Shown in pieces: positions 45,142-56,187 of a stretch of 64,000 nucleotides of DNA (position 1 is the first letter of the stretch; the number at the start of each line of letters is the position of its first letter). Source of the stretch: Alphaproteobacteria bacterium (GTDB lineage: Bacteria > Pseudomonadota > Alphaproteobacteria > MPNO01); NCBI GenBank assembly GCA_964291675.2, contig OZ219866.1:3296001-3360000 (forward strand). The letters run 5' to 3'. A program made the translations under genes and the position numbers. Below the pieces are notes generated by a model. That model was not told the DNA's origin, made no database searches, and worked only from the letters and a program-made list of their open reading frames with translations.

Positions 45142-45741
45142 ATGGCAGCGCCCAGGAGAGCCAATCCGGACCGGGTGATCGATGCGGCGCTCGCGCTGGC
45201 GGCGGAGCGGCCGTGGCGGCGGGTCACCCTGTCCGAGATCGCCGGGGAGGCCGGGGTGCGGCTCGACCAGGTCCACGGCCTGTTCCGCAGCAAGGCCGCG
45301 ATCCTCGATGCGTTCACCGCGCGGATCGACGCCCAGGTGATGCGCGGCACCGACGAGGAGGCCGCCGCCGAGCCGGTGCGCGACCGCCTGTTCGACGTGC
45401 TGGCCCGGCGCTTCGAGGCGCTCCAGCCGCATCGCGCGGCGCTCGCCTCGATCGTCTGCGAGGGGCTGACGGTGCCGCGCGAGGGGTATTGCGGCACCAG
45501 GCGGCTGCTGCGCTCGATGACCTGGTCGCTGGAGACCGCCGGCGTCGGCGGCTCCGGCCCGTTCGGCGAGCTCCGGGTGCGCGGGCTGGCCGCGCTGTTC
45601 ATGTCCAGCCTGTTCGTCTTCCTGCGCGACGACTCGCCCGATCTGGCCAGGACGATGGCGCATCTCGACCGCAATTTGAGCCGCGCCGACCGGCTGATGG
45701 GGCGCCTGAACCCGAGACGGGCTCAGGCGGCGACCGCCTAG
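45142..45741 (+). CDS. TetR/AcrR family transcriptional regulator
   Basis: VIDAALALAAE..VTLSEIAGEAGV...FRSKAAIL HTH; RDRLFDVLARRFEAL. Confidence 0.88.
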   Translation: MAAPRRANPDRVIDAALALAAERPWRRVTLSEIAGEAGVRLDQVHGLFRSKAAILDAFTARIDAQVMRGTDEEAAAEPVRDRLFDVLARRFEALQPHRAALASIVCEGLTVPREGYCGTRRLLRSMTWSLETAGVGGSGPFGELRVRGLAALFMSSLFVFLRDDSPDLARTMAHLDRNLSRADRLMGRLNPRRAQAATA

Positions 45742-47051
45742 ACCGGCATGCGCAGCCGGGCGCGGACGCCGCCGCCCGGCGCGGTCTCGATCCTGATGTC
45801 CCCGCCATGGCCGCGCATCACGTCGCGCGCGATGGTCAGCCCCAGCCCGGTGCCCCCGGTCGCCGGGTTGCGCGAGCCGTCGATCCGGTAGAACGGCTTG
45901 AACACGTCCTCGCGGGCGCTCTCCGGAATGCCCGGCCCGTCGTCGTCGACGACGATCTCGATCGTGTCCCGGCTGCGGCTCGCCCGCACCGAGACGCGCC
46001 CGGCGTGGCGCACCGCGTTGGAGACCACGTTGGCGAGGCAGCGCCGGAAGGCGTTGGGGCGGATCGGCACGACCAGCTCGGCAGGCGCGCGGAACTCGAC
46101 CGCCACCCCGTCGCGCCGCGCGCCGGCGACCACCTCGTCGAGGATCGGCGCCACGTCGGCGGCGACCACCGCCTCGGTGCCCTCGCCGGCGGCGAAGGCG
46201 AGATATTCCTCGACCAGCGACTCCATCTCGGCGACGTCGGATTTGAGGTCGTCGACCCGCCCGCCCTCGCCGAGCAGGGCGATCTGCAGCTTGATCCGGG
46301 TCAGCGGCGTGCGCAGGTCGTGCGACACCCCGGCCAGCATCTCGGTGCGCTGCGCGATCGCCCGCCCGATCCGCGCGCGCATCAGGTTGAAGGCGGTGGT
46401 CAGGCTGCGGATCTCGGCGGCGCCGGACGGGCTCACGTCGGGCACCTCGCGGCCCTTGCCGAATTCGTCCACCGCGACGGCGAGCCGGCGGATCGGCCGC
46501 ACCTGGTTGCGCATGAACAGAACCGCGATGACGATCATCACCAGCGAGGTGCCGATCAGCCAGGCGAGGAACAGATAGGTCGTCTCCTCGAACAGGCGGC
46601 GCTTCTCGACGAACACGTCGAGCACGCCGTCGGCGAGCTGCACCTTGACGCGGATCCAGTCGCCGTAGCCCGCGGTCTCCATGTGGTAGGGCCGGCCGAG
46701 CTGGTAGTCGAGCGCCTGCGACAGGCGGCGGTCGCGGATGCCCTCGCCGATCCGCGGCCCCGGACCGGCCAGCGCGGCGCCCCGGGCGAAGCTCGCGCGC
46801 AGCCCCGCGGTGCGCGCGCCGCGCAGCACGACCTCGCGGCTCGCCGCGCCCGGAAACGCCCGCATCCCCTCGATCACCAGCGCGATGTCGCCCGCCACCG
46901 TGGCGACCAGGCGCTTGGTCACGATGTCCCAGTGGCGGTCGTAGAACGCCCAGGTCGCCACCGCCTGAACGACGATCATCGGCACGACCAGGATGGTCAC
47001 CGACCGTCCGATCAGGGTCTTGGGCGCCAGACGCTTGAGGAAGCCCGGCAT
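45738..47051 (-). CDS. EnvZ-like sensor histidine kinase
   Basis: Two TMs, HAMP, SHDLRTPLTR, NVVSNA, DDDGPGIP, GTGLGL. Confidence 0.94.
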   Translation of the reverse strand: MPGFLKRLAPKTLIGRSVTILVVPMIVVQAVATWAFYDRHWDIVTKRLVATVAGDIALVIEGMRAFPGAASREVVLRGARTAGLRASFARGAALAGPGPRIGEGIRDRRLSQALDYQLGRPYHMETAGYGDWIRVKVQLADGVLDVFVEKRRLFEETTYLFLAWLIGTSLVMIVIAVLFMRNQVRPIRRLAVAVDEFGKGREVPDVSPSGAAEIRSLTTAFNLMRARIGRAIAQRTEMLAGVSHDLRTPLTRIKLQIALLGEGGRVDDLKSDVAEMESLVEEYLAFAAGEGTEAVVAADVAPILDEVVAGARRDGVAVEFRAPAELVVPIRPNAFRRCLANVVSNAVRHAGRVSVRASRSRDTIEIVVDDDGPGIPESAREDVFKPFYRIDGSRNPATGGTGLGLTIARDVMRGHGGDIRIETAPGGGVRARLRMPV

Positions 47052-47056
47052 GGCGG

Positions 47057-47737
47057 TCAGTCGGGCTGCAGCACGTAGCCCTCGCCGCGCACCGTCTGCA
47101 GGTAGCGCGGGTGGCGCGGGTCGGGCTCGATCTTGCGGCGCAGCCTGGTGACCTGGACGTCGACCGTGCGCGCGCCGCCGGCGATGCCGCTCTCGGCGAT
47201 CAGCAGGCGGCGCGACAGCGTCACCCCGGGCCGCCGCGCCAGGGTGCGCAGCAGCCTCGCCTCGACCGGCGACAGGTGAACCGCGAGGTCGTTCCTGGTG
47301 AGCGCGGAACGCTCGACGTGGAAGCGGTGCTCGCCGAGGCGCACCACCGGATCCGGCACCGACCGAGGCGCGCGGCGCAGCAGGCTGGACAGGCGGAGCA
47401 CCAGCTCGCGCGGCTCGAACGGCTTGACCAGGTAGTCGTCCGCGCCGCGTTCGAGCCCGGCGATCCGGTCCTGCGGCTCGCCGCGCGCGGTCAGCAGCAG
47501 GATCGGCGTGTCCGAGACCTGCCGCAGCCAGGCGGTGAGCGAGAACCCGTCCTCGCCCGGCATCATCACGTCGAGCACAACGAGGTCGAACGCCATCGAG
47601 CGCACCCGGTCGCGCGCCTCGACCGCATCGGCGGAAGCGGTCACCCGGTAGCCGTTGGCGCCGAGATACTGGCTCAGCAGGTCGCGCAGCCTGTCGTCGT
47701 CGTCGACGACCAGCACGTGGGGGGCGTATTCCGTCAT
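47057..47737 (-). CDS. OmpR-family response regulator
   Basis: LVVDDD, LDVMMPGEDG, GADDYLVKPF, VDVQVTRLRRKIE, TVRGEGY. Confidence 0.95.
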   Translation of the reverse strand: MTEYAPHVLVVDDDDRLRDLLSQYLGANGYRVTASADAVEARDRVRSMAFDLVVLDVMMPGEDGFSLTAWLRQVSDTPILLLTARGEPQDRIAGLERGADDYLVKPFEPRELVLRLSSLLRRAPRSVPDPVVRLGEHRFHVERSALTRNDLAVHLSPVEARLLRTLARRPGVTLSRRLLIAESGIAGGARTVDVQVTRLRRKIEPDPRHPRYLQTVRGEGYVLQPD

Positions 47738-47771
47738 GCCGCCGCCCGGCCCGGCGCCGCGCCGCCGGGGC

Positions 47772-48464
47772 TCAGGGGCCCAGCGCCGCCGCGTCCGCCG
47801 CCATCCCGCCGAACAGCGCGAGCATGCGCCCGCGCCATTCGAGCACCGGGTCGTCGGGCGCGATGACCGCATACGGGCTGACGATGCGGATCCACTGGCA
47901 GCTGCCCATCAGGATGTAGTCCGCGTAGCCCGGCTCGTCGCCGGCGAGAAAGGGCTGGTCGGCGAGCACCGCGCGGGCCGGGGCGAGCGCCGCCCGCGCC
48001 GCCGGCAGGCGGTCCTCGCGCGCCGCGTGCAGCGCGTCCAGCGTGGTGCCGAACCGCTTCTCGCGGGTTTCCAGGAAATAGCCGCGGTCGCGCTCGTCGA
48101 TGTTGTCGTAGACGTCCCTGACCACCAGCAGGATGAGCCTGGGGTTCACCTCGCGGTCGGCCCATTCGTTGATCAGCCGCGCCATCGCCCGCTCGGCGCG
48201 GCTCGCGAACAGCGGCGGCCGGTCGGGATAGGCCTCGTCGAGATAGCACGCGATGGCCCAGGAATCGGCCACCGCCCGGTCGCCGTCGCGCAGCACCGGC
48301 ACCCGTTCCTGGCCGCTGAAGGCGATCGGCCGCTTGTCGGCGAAGCGCACCGGCACGGTGTCGAAGTCGAGCGCCTTGTGGGCCAGCGCGAAGCGGGTGC
48401 GCCAGCAATAGGGGCTGAACCTGAGATCGTCCCGTCCCACCAGCTCGTAGAGCGTGATCGCCAT
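47772..48464 (-). CDS. Glutathione S-transferase family protein (LigE/beta-etherase-like clade)
   Basis: FSPYCWRTRFALAHK, VPVLRD, DSWAIACYLDEAYPDRP, PGYADY. Confidence 0.88.
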   Translation of the reverse strand: MAITLYELVGRDDLRFSPYCWRTRFALAHKALDFDTVPVRFADKRPIAFSGQERVPVLRDGDRAVADSWAIACYLDEAYPDRPPLFASRAERAMARLINEWADREVNPRLILLVVRDVYDNIDERDRGYFLETREKRFGTTLDALHAAREDRLPAARAALAPARAVLADQPFLAGDEPGYADYILMGSCQWIRIVSPYAVIAPDDPVLEWRGRMLALFGGMAADAAALGP

Positions 48465-48532
48465 CTTCCCTCCCGATCGCCCGGCGCGGCTACCATGCCA
48501 CAAGCGGGTGCGATGGCAAGCCCCGGGGCCGG

Positions 48533-49270
48533 TCCTTCGATACGCCCGCCCGCGACGGGCTGCTCGGGATGAGGGGGAAGTGACAGGCGGCCCAAGCCGC
48601 GTCCCCCATCGTCACCTCCCGTCGTCACTCCCCATCGTCACTCCCCCATCGTCACCCCCCTCGTCATGCCCGGACTTGATCCGGGCATCCATGGGCGCCG
48701 CCGCCCCTCTCGTCGGACCGTCGTGCGGGCGGAGAGGCCGCGTGGATGGCCGGATCAAGTCCGGCCATGACGTAGGGGTAACAGCGGGAGCGGAGATGCA
48801 GATGCTCACGGGCGCGGAGCCCGCGTCGAAAATCTAAACCGGACAGCAGTGGACTTGATCCGGGCACCCACTGGCGCCGCCGCTCCTCCCGACGGGGCGT
48901 TGTACCGGTGGCGCCAGTGGTTGCGCGGATCAAGTCCGCGCATGGGTGGCCGGATCACCCCCGGACTTGATCCGGGGGCCGGCCATGACGGGGTGGGGGT
49001 GGCGGTGGAGGAGCACGGGAGCCGGGGGCGGCCCGCCCCGCCCGTGGGTGCCCGGAACGAGGCCGACGTGACAACGGAGGGGCAGGGACGGCAAGTGCGG
49101 GCGTGCGGCGATCCGTGTCCCGATCCGGCGGATGCGCCGATATCCCGCCCGGAACAAGGCTTTGCGCCCGGTCCAGCTCACATAAACCGGACAGCAGTGG
49201 ACTTGATCCGGCCACCCACTGGCGCCACAGCCGCGACCGACGGGCCGATGTGCCGGCGGCGGCAGTTGAT
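48533..49270. repeat. Cluster of palindromic repeats (one family A half, several family B units)
   Basis: gtcatgcccggacttgatccgggcatcca...tggatggccggatcaagtccggccatgac at 48663-48771; further ggacttgatccgg units at 48851, 48963 and 49199; short tandem cgtcact/cccc repeats at 48610-48665. Confidence 0.85.
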
Positions 49271-50720
49271 GATCGTGTCCCGCCACGTGGTGTAAGAGCC
49301 CGGCGCCGATCGCGGTATCCGGCGTGTTGGGCCGGTAGGGTCAGGCTGCCACGGCGGGCGGCTTGACGGTGAGATTGTCGCTGGTCTGAGCGATGGATTC
49401 CAGTGTCATGTATCTCCTTGCAACGGCCCACTCGTCGTTCTGCTCGAGCAGGATGGCGCCGACCAGGCGGGTGACGGCGTCTTCGTTGGGGAAGATGCCG
49501 ACGACGTTGGTTCGGCGCTTGATCTCGGCATGGACCCGCTCGATGGGGTTGGTCGAGTGGAGCTTGGTTCGGTGCTCCCTGGGGAAGGTCATGTAGGCGA
49601 GGACGTCGTGCTCGGCGTCGTCCATGAGGGTGGCGAGCTTGGGCGCCTTGGGCCTGAGCTGGTCGGCGACCAGGCGCCACTGGGCGCTCGCGGCCTGGGC
49701 GTCGTCCTGGGCGAAGGCGGTGGCGACGAAGGCAGACACGACGCGCCTTCCCTGACGGCCGGCATGGGCCAGCAGGTTGCGCATGAAGTGGATGCGGCAG
49801 CGCTGCCAGGTGGCGCCGAGGATGCGGGTCGCGGCGGCCTTCAACCCCTTGTGGTCGTCGGAGATCACCAGCTTGACGCCCTTGAGCCCGCGGCCGGTCA
49901 GCGCGCGCAGGAAGGCGGTCCAGAAGGTCTCGGCCTCGGAGTGGCCGATCGCCATGCCGAGCACCTCGCGCCGGCCCTGGTCGTTGACCGCCACCGCGAC
50001 GGTCACCGCGACCGGGACGATGCGCCCGATCTCGCGCATCTTGATATAGGTCGCATCCAGCCACAGATAGGGCCACTCGCCCTCCAGCGGCCGGTCGAGG
50101 AAGCTCTCGATCTTGTCGTCGATCTCGGCGCACAGCCTGGACACCTGGCTCTTGGAGATGCCCGACATCCCCATCGCCTGCACCAGGTCGTCGACCGAGC
50201 GCGTCGACACGCCCTGGATGTAGGCCTCCTGGATCACCGCCGTGAGTGCCTTCTCGGCCATCCGGCGCGGTTCCAGGAAGCCGGGGAAGTAGCTCCCCGT
50301 CCTGAGCTTCGGGATCCTCAGCGCCACCGTGCCGGCGCGGGTCTCCCAGGCCCGCTCGCGGTAGCCGTTGCGCTGCGTGATCCGCTCCGGCGTGCGCTCG
50401 CCATGGGCGGCGCCGGTCAGCCCTTCCACCTCCAGCGCCATCAGACGCTCGGCCGAGAAGCCGATCATCTCGCGCAGCAGATCGGCGTCGGAACTCTTCT
50501 CCAAAAGCCCGCGCAGGGCCATCATGTCGTCGGTCATCGCGGTTCCTCCTCAGGTTCGGGTTGGCGTTGCACGACCCAACCCTAAACCGGAACCGCGATG
50601 GCCTCCGCTGTGGATAAGCAGCCCGCCGCCGCCAGACTCGCGGCGGTCGCGGCGGCGCGCTGCTTACCCACAGCTACAAACCAAGGCCAGAGCTCCTACA
50701 CCACGTCTGGGGACACGACC
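49271..50720 (-). mobile_element. IS256-family insertion sequence, 1450 bp, 8-bp TSD CAGTTGAT
   Basis: Imperfect terminal IRs gatcgtgtcccgccacgtggtgtaagagc / gctcctacaccacgtctggggacacgacc; CAGTTGAT at 49263-49270 and 50721-50728. Confidence 0.95.
49341..50537 (-). CDS. IS256-family transposase
   Basis: [57 protein letters not shown]; uninterrupted 398 aa. Confidence 0.97.
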   Translation of the reverse strand: MTDDMMALRGLLEKSSDADLLREMIGFSAERLMALEVEGLTGAAHGERTPERITQRNGYRERAWETRAGTVALRIPKLRTGSYFPGFLEPRRMAEKALTAVIQEAYIQGVSTRSVDDLVQAMGMSGISKSQVSRLCAEIDDKIESFLDRPLEGEWPYLWLDATYIKMREIGRIVPVAVTVAVAVNDQGRREVLGMAIGHSEAETFWTAFLRALTGRGLKGVKLVISDDHKGLKAAATRILGATWQRCRIHFMRNLLAHAGRQGRRVVSAFVATAFAQDDAQAASAQWRLVADQLRPKAPKLATLMDDAEHDVLAYMTFPREHRTKLHSTNPIERVHAEIKRRTNVVGIFPNEDAVTRLVGAILLEQNDEWAVARRYMTLESIAQTSDNLTVKPPAVAA

Positions 50721-50915
50721 CAGTTGATGCCCGGATCACCCCCGGACTTGATCCGGGGGCCGGCCATGACGGGGGAGGGCATGAGCGGGGGCCGGGGGGC
50801 GTATCGAGGCGCGCGCGCCGGCGCATTGACGCGCCGCCGCGCGCTTTCTAATTTCCCGGCCGGCCGCGCCCGGCGCCCGGGCACGGGCGCCGCCGGCATA
50901 TGCGAGGATCAGACG

Positions 50916-52091
50916 ATGGTATCGCCGGCCGCGCCGCGCGTCCGCCCGAACCGCCCGTTCTTCTCGTCCGGCCCGTGCGCCAAGCGGCCGGGCTGGACGC
51001 CCGACGTGCTGGCCGGCGCGCTGCTCGGGCGCTCGCACCGCGCGCCCGCCCCCAAGGCCCGGCTCGCGGAGGTCATCGAGCGCTCGCGCCGCCTGCTCGG
51101 CCTGCCCGAGGGATGGCGGCTCGGCATCGTTCCGGCCTCCGACACCGGCGCGGTCGAGATGGCGCTGTGGTCGCTGCTCGGGCCGCGCGGCGTCGACCTG
51201 CTGGCGTGGGAGAATTTCGGCGCGGGCTGGGCGAGCGACGTCGTGGACCATCTCGGGATCGCCGACGCGCGGGTGCTGTCGGCCGCCTACGGCGAGCTGC
51301 CCGACCTCGCCGCGGTCGATTTCTCGCGCGACGTGGTGTTCGCCTGGAACGGCACCACATCCGGCGTCCGCGTGCCCGACGGCGCGTGGATCGACCCCGG
51401 CCGCGAGGGGCTGGTCATCTGCGACGCCACCTCGGCGGCGTTCGCGATGGACCTCCCCTGGGACCGGCTCGACGTCGCCACCTGGTCCTGGCAGAAGGCG
51501 ATGGGCGGCGAGGCGGGGCACGGCATGATCGCGCTCGGCCCGCGCGCCGCCGACCGGCTGGCGAGCCATACCCCGCCCTGGCCGATCCCCAAGGTCTTCC
51601 GCCTCACCTCGGGCGGCGCGCTGATCGAGGGGATCTTCCGCGGCGAGACCATCAACACGCCCTCGATGCTGTGCGTCGAGGACGCGCTCGACGGGCTGCG
51701 CTGGGCCGAGGAGATCGGCGGGCTCGACGCGCTGCTGGCGCGCACCTCGGCCAACATGGCGGCGATCGAACGCTGGGTCGCGGCGACGCCGTGGATCGAC
51801 TTCCTCGCCGCGGTGCCGGCGACGCGCTCGCCGACCTCGGTCTGCCTCGGCTTCGCCGATCCCTGGTTCGCCGCCCTCGACGCCGCCGGCAAGGCCGCGG
51901 TGCCGAAGCGCATCGAGTCCATGCTGGAGGCCGAGGGCGTCGCCTGCGACATCAACGGCTACCGCTCGGCCCCACCCGGGCTCCGCATCTGGGCCGGGCC
52001 GACCGTGGAGACGGCAGACCTGGAGGCGCTGTTCGCCTGGCTGGGCTGGGCCTGGGGGCGGGTGCGCCAGGGCGAGCCGGTGGCCGCCTGA
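50916..52091 (+). CDS. serC: Phosphoserine aminotransferase (alphaproteobacterial/Methanosarcina type)
   Basis: [50 protein letters not shown]; upstream of serA. Confidence 0.95.
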   Translation: MVSPAAPRVRPNRPFFSSGPCAKRPGWTPDVLAGALLGRSHRAPAPKARLAEVIERSRRLLGLPEGWRLGIVPASDTGAVEMALWSLLGPRGVDLLAWENFGAGWASDVVDHLGIADARVLSAAYGELPDLAAVDFSRDVVFAWNGTTSGVRVPDGAWIDPGREGLVICDATSAAFAMDLPWDRLDVATWSWQKAMGGEAGHGMIALGPRAADRLASHTPPWPIPKVFRLTSGGALIEGIFRGETINTPSMLCVEDALDGLRWAEEIGGLDALLARTSANMAAIERWVAATPWIDFLAAVPATRSPTSVCLGFADPWFAALDAAGKAAVPKRIESMLEAEGVACDINGYRSAPPGLRIWAGPTVETADLEALFAWLGWAWGRVRQGEPVAA

Positions 52092-52101
52092 GACCGCGCC
52101 G

Positions 52102-53679
52102 ATGAACCGGGTCCTCATCTCCGACAGGCTGAGCGAGCGCGCCGTCGGCGTCTTCGGCGAGCGCGGCATCGACGTCGATTTCGACCCCGGGCTGGCCTCC
52201 GAGGCGCTGCTGGAGCGGATCGGCGCGTATGACGGGCTCGCGGTGCGCTCGGCGACAAGGGTGACGTCCTCGGTGATCGAGGCCGGCGAGCGCCTCAGGG
52301 TGATCGGCCGCGCCGGGATCGGCGTCGACAATATCGACGTGCCCGCCGCCAGCGCGCGCGGCGTGGTGGTGATGAACACGCCGTTCGGCAATGCGGTGAC
52401 CACCGCCGAGCACGCCATCGCGCTGATGTTCGCGCTGGCCCGCCAGATCCCCGCCGCCGACCGCGAGACCCAGTCCGGCGCCTGGGACCGCGCCCGGTTC
52501 CTCGGCACCGAGCTCGCCGGCAAGACGCTCGGCATCGTCGGCTGCGGCAATGTCGGCTCGGTGGTCGCCGACCGGGCGCAGGGGCTCAAGATGCGGGTGC
52601 TGGTGCACGACCCCTATCTGGCGGCCGAGCGGGCCGAGCGGCTCGGCGTCGCCAGGGTGGCGCTCGACGAGCTGCTGGAGCGATCCGACGTGATCAGCCT
52701 GCACGTGCCGCTGACCGACCGGACGCGCGGCATCCTCGACGCCCGGGCGCTGGCCAGGACGCGCCCCGGGGTGCGCATCGTCAACTGCGCCCGCGGCGAG
52801 CTGGTCGATGCGCACGCGCTCGCCGACGCGCTGTCCTCGGGCCATGTCGGCGGGGTCGCCGTCGACGTCTATCCCGAGGAGCCGCCCGGCGACTACCCGC
52901 TGTTCGGCATGGCGGGCGTCGTCGCCACCCCGCATCTCGGCGCGTCGACCGCCGAGGCGCAGGAGAACGTCGCCGTCCAGATCGCCGAGCAGATGTCCGA
53001 CTACCTGCTCGACGGCGCGGTGCTGCACGCGATCAACATGCCGTCGTTCTCCAGCGAGGAATCGGCCCGTCTCGCGCCCTTCATGGATCTCGCGCGCCAG
53101 ATCGGCAGCCTCGCCGGCCAGGTCGCCGAGACCGGCTTCCGCGCCGTGGTGGTCGAGTACGACGGCGAGGCGGCGGAGCTCAACCCGCAGCCGATGACCG
53201 CTTCGCTGCTCGAAGGGCTGCTCGCGCCGATCGTCGATTCGGTCAACATCGTCAACGCGCCCATCGTCGCCCGCGAGCGCGGCATCCAGGTGACCGAGAC
53301 CAAGCACGCCAGGCGCTCCGACTACCCCTCGCTGATCCGCCTCACCGTGACCACCGAGCGGGCGACGCGGACCACCGCCGGCACGCTGTTCTCCAACCGC
53401 ATGCCGCGCATCGTCGAGCTCGACGGGATTCCCCTCGAAGCCTCGCTCGCCAGCAACATGCTGTACATGGTGAACCGCGACGAGCCGGGGTTCATCGGCC
53501 GGCTCGGCTCCTGCCTCGGCGACGCCGGGGTGAACATCGCGACCTTCCATCTCGGCCGCTCGGGCCCGCGCGAGAACGCGGTCAGCCTGATCTCGGTCGA
53601 CGGCACGATCCCGGCCTCGGTCCTCGACTGCGTGCGCGCGCTGCCCGGCGTGGTGCGGGCCCGCGCGCTCACCTTCTGA
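52102..53679 (+). CDS. serA: D-3-phosphoglycerate dehydrogenase
   Basis: GRAGIGVDNID, GCGNVG, NCARG, TPHLGAST, C-terminal ACT domain. Confidence 0.97.
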   Translation: MNRVLISDRLSERAVGVFGERGIDVDFDPGLASEALLERIGAYDGLAVRSATRVTSSVIEAGERLRVIGRAGIGVDNIDVPAASARGVVVMNTPFGNAVTTAEHAIALMFALARQIPAADRETQSGAWDRARFLGTELAGKTLGIVGCGNVGSVVADRAQGLKMRVLVHDPYLAAERAERLGVARVALDELLERSDVISLHVPLTDRTRGILDARALARTRPGVRIVNCARGELVDAHALADALSSGHVGGVAVDVYPEEPPGDYPLFGMAGVVATPHLGASTAEAQENVAVQIAEQMSDYLLDGAVLHAINMPSFSSEESARLAPFMDLARQIGSLAGQVAETGFRAVVVEYDGEAAELNPQPMTASLLEGLLAPIVDSVNIVNAPIVARERGIQVTETKHARRSDYPSLIRLTVTTERATRTTAGTLFSNRMPRIVELDGIPLEASLASNMLYMVNRDEPGFIGRLGSCLGDAGVNIATFHLGRSGPRENAVSLISVDGTIPASVLDCVRALPGVVRARALTF

Positions 53680-53692
53680 CGGGGGCGGGGCG

Positions 53693-54850
53693 ATGAACGA
53701 GGGGGACCGCCGCGCGCTGCTGCCCTCCGGGCTGCGCGACGTGCTGCCGCCCGCCGCCGCCCAGGAGGCCGGCGTGGTCGAGCGGCTGATCGGCCTGTTC
53801 GAGCTCAACGGCTACGAGCGGGTCAAGGCGCCGCTGGTCGAGTTCGAGGAGGGGCTGCTGTCGGGCGCGGGCGCGGCGATCGCCTCCGAGACCTTCCGCC
53901 TGATGGACCCCGCCTCGCAGCGCATGATGGGGGTGCGCGCCGACATCACCCCGCAGGTCGCGCGCATCGCGGCGAGCCGGCTGAAGGACGCGCCGCGCCC
54001 GCTGCGCCTCTGCTACGCCGGCGACGTGCTCAGGATCAACGGCACCCATCTCCGCCCCGAACGCCAGTTCACCCAGGTGGGGATGGAGCTGATCGGCTCC
54101 GACGAGCCCGCCGCCGACGCCGAGATCGTGGTGCTCGCCGCCGAGGCGCTGACCCTGGTCGGCGCCGCCGACATCGCGATCGACCTCACCATGCCGCCGC
54201 TCGCGCCCGCGGTGTGCGCCGCGCACGGCCGCGAGCTCGCCGCCGACGCGGCGCTGCGCGAGGCGATCGACCACAAGGACGCCGCGGCGATCGCGGCGCT
54301 CGGCGGCGGGCTCGCCGACACGCTGGGCGCGCTGCTCGCCGCCGCCGGCCCGGCCGAGAGCTGCCAGGCGGCGCTCGATGCGCTCGACCTGCCGCCCGGC
54401 CCGGCCGGGGTGCGCCGCCGCCTCGCCGGGGTGATCTCCGAGATCCGCGCCGCCGCGCCCGAGCTCAGGCTCACCGCCGACCCGCTGGAGAACCGCGGCT
54501 TCGAGTACCACACCGGGATCTGCTTCACGATCTTCCCCGACGGCGTGCGCGGCGAGCTCGCCAGCGGCGGGCGCTACGTCACCGGCGCCGACGGGGACGG
54601 CGCGGGCGGCGAGCTCGGCACCGGCGTCACCCTCTATGTCGACACCATCCTGCGCTCGGTGCCGGCGCCGAGGGGGCCGCGCCGCGTGTTCCTGCCGCCC
54701 GGCACCGCGCCGGCGACCGGCCGCGCGCTCCGGGCCGAGGGCTGGATCACCGTCGCCGGGCTCGAGCCGGCGGCCGCGCCGGAGGCGGAGGCAGCCCGGC
54801 TCGGCTGCACCCATCACTGCCGCGCCGGCCGCGTGCTCCCGGTGGGCTGA
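53693..54850 (+). CDS. hisZ: ATP phosphoribosyltransferase regulatory subunit
   Basis: [43 protein letters not shown]; precedes purA. Confidence 0.92.
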   Translation: MNEGDRRALLPSGLRDVLPPAAAQEAGVVERLIGLFELNGYERVKAPLVEFEEGLLSGAGAAIASETFRLMDPASQRMMGVRADITPQVARIAASRLKDAPRPLRLCYAGDVLRINGTHLRPERQFTQVGMELIGSDEPAADAEIVVLAAEALTLVGAADIAIDLTMPPLAPAVCAAHGRELAADAALREAIDHKDAAAIAALGGGLADTLGALLAAAGPAESCQAALDALDLPPGPAGVRRRLAGVISEIRAAAPELRLTADPLENRGFEYHTGICFTIFPDGVRGELASGGRYVTGADGDGAGGELGTGVTLYVDTILRSVPAPRGPRRVFLPPGTAPATGRALRAEGWITVAGLEPAAAPEAEAARLGCTHHCRAGRVLPVG

Positions 54851-54860
54851 GGCCGGGCCG

Positions 54861-56153
54861 ATGGCGAACGTCGCGGTGGTCGGCTCGCAATGGGGCGACG
54901 AGGGCAAGGGCAAGATCGTCGACTGGCTGTCCGAGCGCGCCGACGTGGTGGTGCGCTTCCAGGGCGGGCACAACGCCGGCCACACCCTGGTGATCGACGG
55001 CCGGACCTACAAGCTCAGCCTGCTGCCCTCCGGCGTGGTGCGCCCGGGCAAGCTCTCGATCGTCGGCAGCGGCGTGGTGGTCGACCCGTGGGCGCTGTTG
55101 GACGAGATCGACGCGGTGCGCGGCATGGGCGTCGACGTGAGCCCCGAGACCTTCTGCGTCGCCGAGAACGCGTGCCTGATCCTGCCGCTGCACCCGGCGC
55201 TCGACCACGCCCGCGAGGCGGCGAGGGGTGCTGCGCGCATCGGCACCACCGGGCGGGGCATCGGCCCGGCCTATGAGGACAAGGTCGGGCGCCGGGCGAT
55301 CCGGCTCTGCGACCTCGCCGATGCGGACGGGCTTGCGCCGCGCGTGGACCAGCTGCTCGAGCACCACAACGCGCTGCTGCGCGGGCTCGGCGCCGAGCCG
55401 TTCGACCGCGGCGACCTGCTCGACAAGCTGCGCCGGGTGGCGCCGCGCATCCTGCCCTTCGCCGCCCCGGTCTGGCTCCGCCTCGACGAGGCCAGGCGGG
55501 CGGGCAGGCGCATCCTGTTCGAGGGCGCGCAGGGTGCGATGCTCGATGTCGACCACGGCACCTACCCCTATGTCACCTCGTCCAACACCCTGGCCGGCCA
55601 GGCGGCGGCCGGCAGCGGGCTCGGCCCGCGCGCGATCGACTACGTGCTCGGCATCACCAAGGCCTACACCACCCGCGTCGGCTCGGGGCCGTTCCCGACC
55701 GAGCAGGACAACGATATCGGCCAGGTTCTCGGCGAGCGCGGCCGCGAGTTCGGCACCGTCACCGGGCGCAAGCGGCGCTGCGGCTGGTTCGACGCGGTGA
55801 TGGTGCGCCAGGCGATCCGCTTCGCCGGGATCGACGGCATCGCGCTCACCAAGCTCGACGTGCTCGACGGCATGGCGGAGCTGAAAGTGTGCACCGGCTA
55901 CGAGACCGCGGACGGGAAGCTCGACCGCTTCCCCGCCTCGGCGCTGGGCCAGGCGACTGTGCGCCCGGTCTACGAGACCCTCGCCGGCTGGCAGGACAGC
56001 ACCAGGGGCGCGCGGAGCTGGGCCGAGCTGCCGGCCGATGCGGTAAAATACATCCGCCGCATCGAGGAGCTGATCGATTCCCCCGTCGCCCTGCTCTCGA
56101 CCAGCCCCGAGCGCGAGGATACGGTGATGGTGCGCGACCCGTTCGCCGCCTGA
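54861..56153 (+). CDS. purA: Adenylosuccinate synthetase
   Basis: [50 protein letters not shown]. Confidence 0.98.
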   Translation: MANVAVVGSQWGDEGKGKIVDWLSERADVVVRFQGGHNAGHTLVIDGRTYKLSLLPSGVVRPGKLSIVGSGVVVDPWALLDEIDAVRGMGVDVSPETFCVAENACLILPLHPALDHAREAARGAARIGTTGRGIGPAYEDKVGRRAIRLCDLADADGLAPRVDQLLEHHNALLRGLGAEPFDRGDLLDKLRRVAPRILPFAAPVWLRLDEARRAGRRILFEGAQGAMLDVDHGTYPYVTSSNTLAGQAAAGSGLGPRAIDYVLGITKAYTTRVGSGPFPTEQDNDIGQVLGERGREFGTVTGRKRRCGWFDAVMVRQAIRFAGIDGIALTKLDVLDGMAELKVCTGYETADGKLDRFPASALGQATVRPVYETLAGWQDSTRGARSWAELPADAVKYIRRIEELIDSPVALLSTSPEREDTVMVRDPFAA

Positions 56154-56187
56154 CCGGCGCGGCTTCCAGGAGGACGCAAGCGAAGCA

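Noticed and set aside
47772-48464. Lignin beta-etherase ligE call
   Set aside because: The motifs fit the broader GST clade; no ligD/ligF/ligG context, so no gene symbol was assigned.
48533-49270. CRISPR array
   Set aside because: Units are inverted, of irregular length and spacing, recur in other intergenic regions, and there are no cas genes.
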